From the NCBI GenBank assembly GCA_030704615.1, contig CM060732.1, positions 45,880,001 to 45,944,000 on the forward strand: DNA of 64,000 bases, in the 5' to 3' direction. A model generated the notes under the pieces. The model was not told the origin of the DNA. It saw only the letters and a program-made list of their open reading frames with translations, and ran no database searches. The stretch comes from Takakia lepidozioides. Lineage: Eukaryota > Plantae > Bryophyta. Below, piece by piece: positions 62,691 through 64,000 of this stretch. Positions within the stretch are counted from its first letter, which is position 1; every line of letters starts with the position of its first letter. Both the position numbers and the translations under genes were made by a program.

Positions 62691-63499
62691 TGGCTCAATG
62701 GTGGTGCTCCCAACTCTGGGACAATGTTCCCACGAGTTCCCAAGGAGTTCACACGCGTTCCCAAGCTAGGGTTTGCGCCGCTTTGCCTCTGCGATTGTTG
62801 CAACGAGCTATGGCTTCTATGGAGCAACCAGAGGTGCTGTTCTTGGTTTCTTGAGCATCAATAGACCACCAAGAGTGCCTCTAACCCACTGAGCAAGCTA
62901 TTTGCCACACAACAAGCTCTCTTTCTCTATAGAACTTATTGAAACAAACATAGAACAAGCTATTGAGCTTCCTATGACATACCCTCTTCTAGCCATCGCA
63001 TGCACTCATAGTGCTTCATTCTATGGCCATAGTGCACCTCTTAAAGCTCCTAATCCAGCCCTGCACTTGCCACTTCCATAGACATGCTCTTCCCAAGCTT
63101 GGGATTGAAACCCCAACTCAAAGCATGCTCTACAAATACATTATTCTGCCCCAAAGAGAAATCAGATGTCTACCTCCACTCATAGCTCTCCTAAGCTTGA
63201 AGTTGAAAGCTGAAACCATGCACCACACATGCACCGCTTGCTTCCTTAACACCCGAGCTCTTCTTGAACTCCTCAAACCCTGCAACACTTGCAAAACAAG
63301 AGCTTCTTTACAAGCTTCAAACTTTCCAATGGGGCTCTTCTTGAAGACCTCCTCTTGTACATAAACACCACAAGACTTTCTTCTTGCAAACCCTACAACA
63401 CCTTGTAACTTAAGAGTTATCTATCAAGCTCTCTTCCACACACAAGTGCTAACTATGCTAACACTTTGCACTCATAGATGTAAGCAGGTCTTTTTCTAG

Positions 63500-63762
63500 T
63501 GATACGGAAATAGTGAAAAGAGGAGAAACTACTCTATCACATTATATAAGTCAAGCCAATGGTACCTTTGCTAAAGAACTCCACCATACAGACCTCACCC
63601 ACTCTCCATCTCAAGTACTAGAGCTATAGTGAGGTTCGCCACCTCACTTGACACATGGAACCAAATAAAGTTCCAATGCTAACAAAATACAAATATAAAT
63701 GTATAATGTCCTAATTAGCTAGAAATAACTATTTCTAACTAATCACAAACAAAACCATGACA
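63500..63762 (-). repeat. 5' terminal repeat A1 of Gypsy copy B (263 bp) with TATA-like box
   Basis: TGTCATGG...CCGTATCA; TATATAA ~45 bp before its 3' end; not followed by repeat B or by a recognisable tRNA PBS. Confidence 0.9.
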
Positions 63763-64000
63763 AATGTTAGGGTAGTAGCAAGCAATGGGTAGTGTGGTGG
63801 TTGGGCGCATTGAGTAGTACCTGGGTTGTGGGTTCAACTTCGGCTGTGCTAAATGTGCATTAATGATGGTTCCGGCTGGCGCTGCATGTGTATTAATGAC
63901 CTTTTTTTTATGGGCGAGTTTTTCCCCAAAAATTCCTAAGTCCCGCGGGTGGGTTGCCGCACGACGAGCAGACCATTCAGACCCGCGAGCAGACCCGACC

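Larger units (their letters stand above)
54072..63762 (-). mobile_element. Ty3/Gypsy-like retrotransposon with DNMT3-like MTase and PHD finger, copy B (9,691 bp, split direct repeats, integrase core deleted)
   Basis: 4-bp TSD aatg (54068-54071, 63763-63766); inverted termini TGTCATG/TGTCGTG; order gag, CCHC x2, protease, C5-MTase, RT, RNaseH, partial INT, PHD, PPT (54593-54607). Confidence 0.9.

Noticed and set aside
54158-63762. A1 and A2 as a conventional LTR pair
   Set aside because: No TSD around A1..A2 (acaa vs aatg), the PPT abuts B1 rather than A2, and the TSD brackets B2..A1.
53062-64000. hAT-like non-autonomous element (TAGTGTTG start, ACCCG motifs) hosting Gypsy copy B
   Set aside because: Other terminus and TSD not visible in the window; motif similarity alone is insufficient.

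Overview
Eukaryotic plant DNA (GT-AG introns, plant-type F-box, PLGG1-like and OPI10-like genes; probably a non-seed land plant, species not determinable from sequence). Bases 1-~35.9 kb are a nest of transposons. A decayed CRE-like non-LTR retrotransposon (- strand) hosts three inserts: a Ty3/Gypsy element with a DNMT3-like C5-cytosine methyltransferase and PHD finger in pol (copy A), a full-length chromovirus (28518-35501, 4-bp TSD) and one copy of an ~11.3-kb Mutator-like DNA transposon (16815-28131). A second, near-identical and inverted Mutator-like copy (1491-12815) sits inside Gypsy copy A; each copy has its own 9-bp TSD. The Mutator-like element carries a GCM-like/DDE/SWIM transposase and a divergently transcribed 10-exon gene (~1169 aa) combining a ParB/Srx-like domain with a permuted (beta-class) N6A/N4C DNA-methyltransferase-like domain; its two large introns hold nine copies of a 22-bp palindrome. 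Bases 36-53 kb hold three host genes with small TE remnants. Bases 54072-63762 are a second DNMT3/PHD Gypsy (copy B) whose ends are not a normal LTR pair but a split-direct-repeat layout (A1-internal-PPT-B1-GC-A2-B2), with a palindromic CA-GC-TG junction and a 4-bp TSD. The best candidates for new biology are the ParB-methyltransferase Mutator system and the split-repeat, methyltransferase-carrying Gypsy. All domain calls are by motif recognition; no searches were run.
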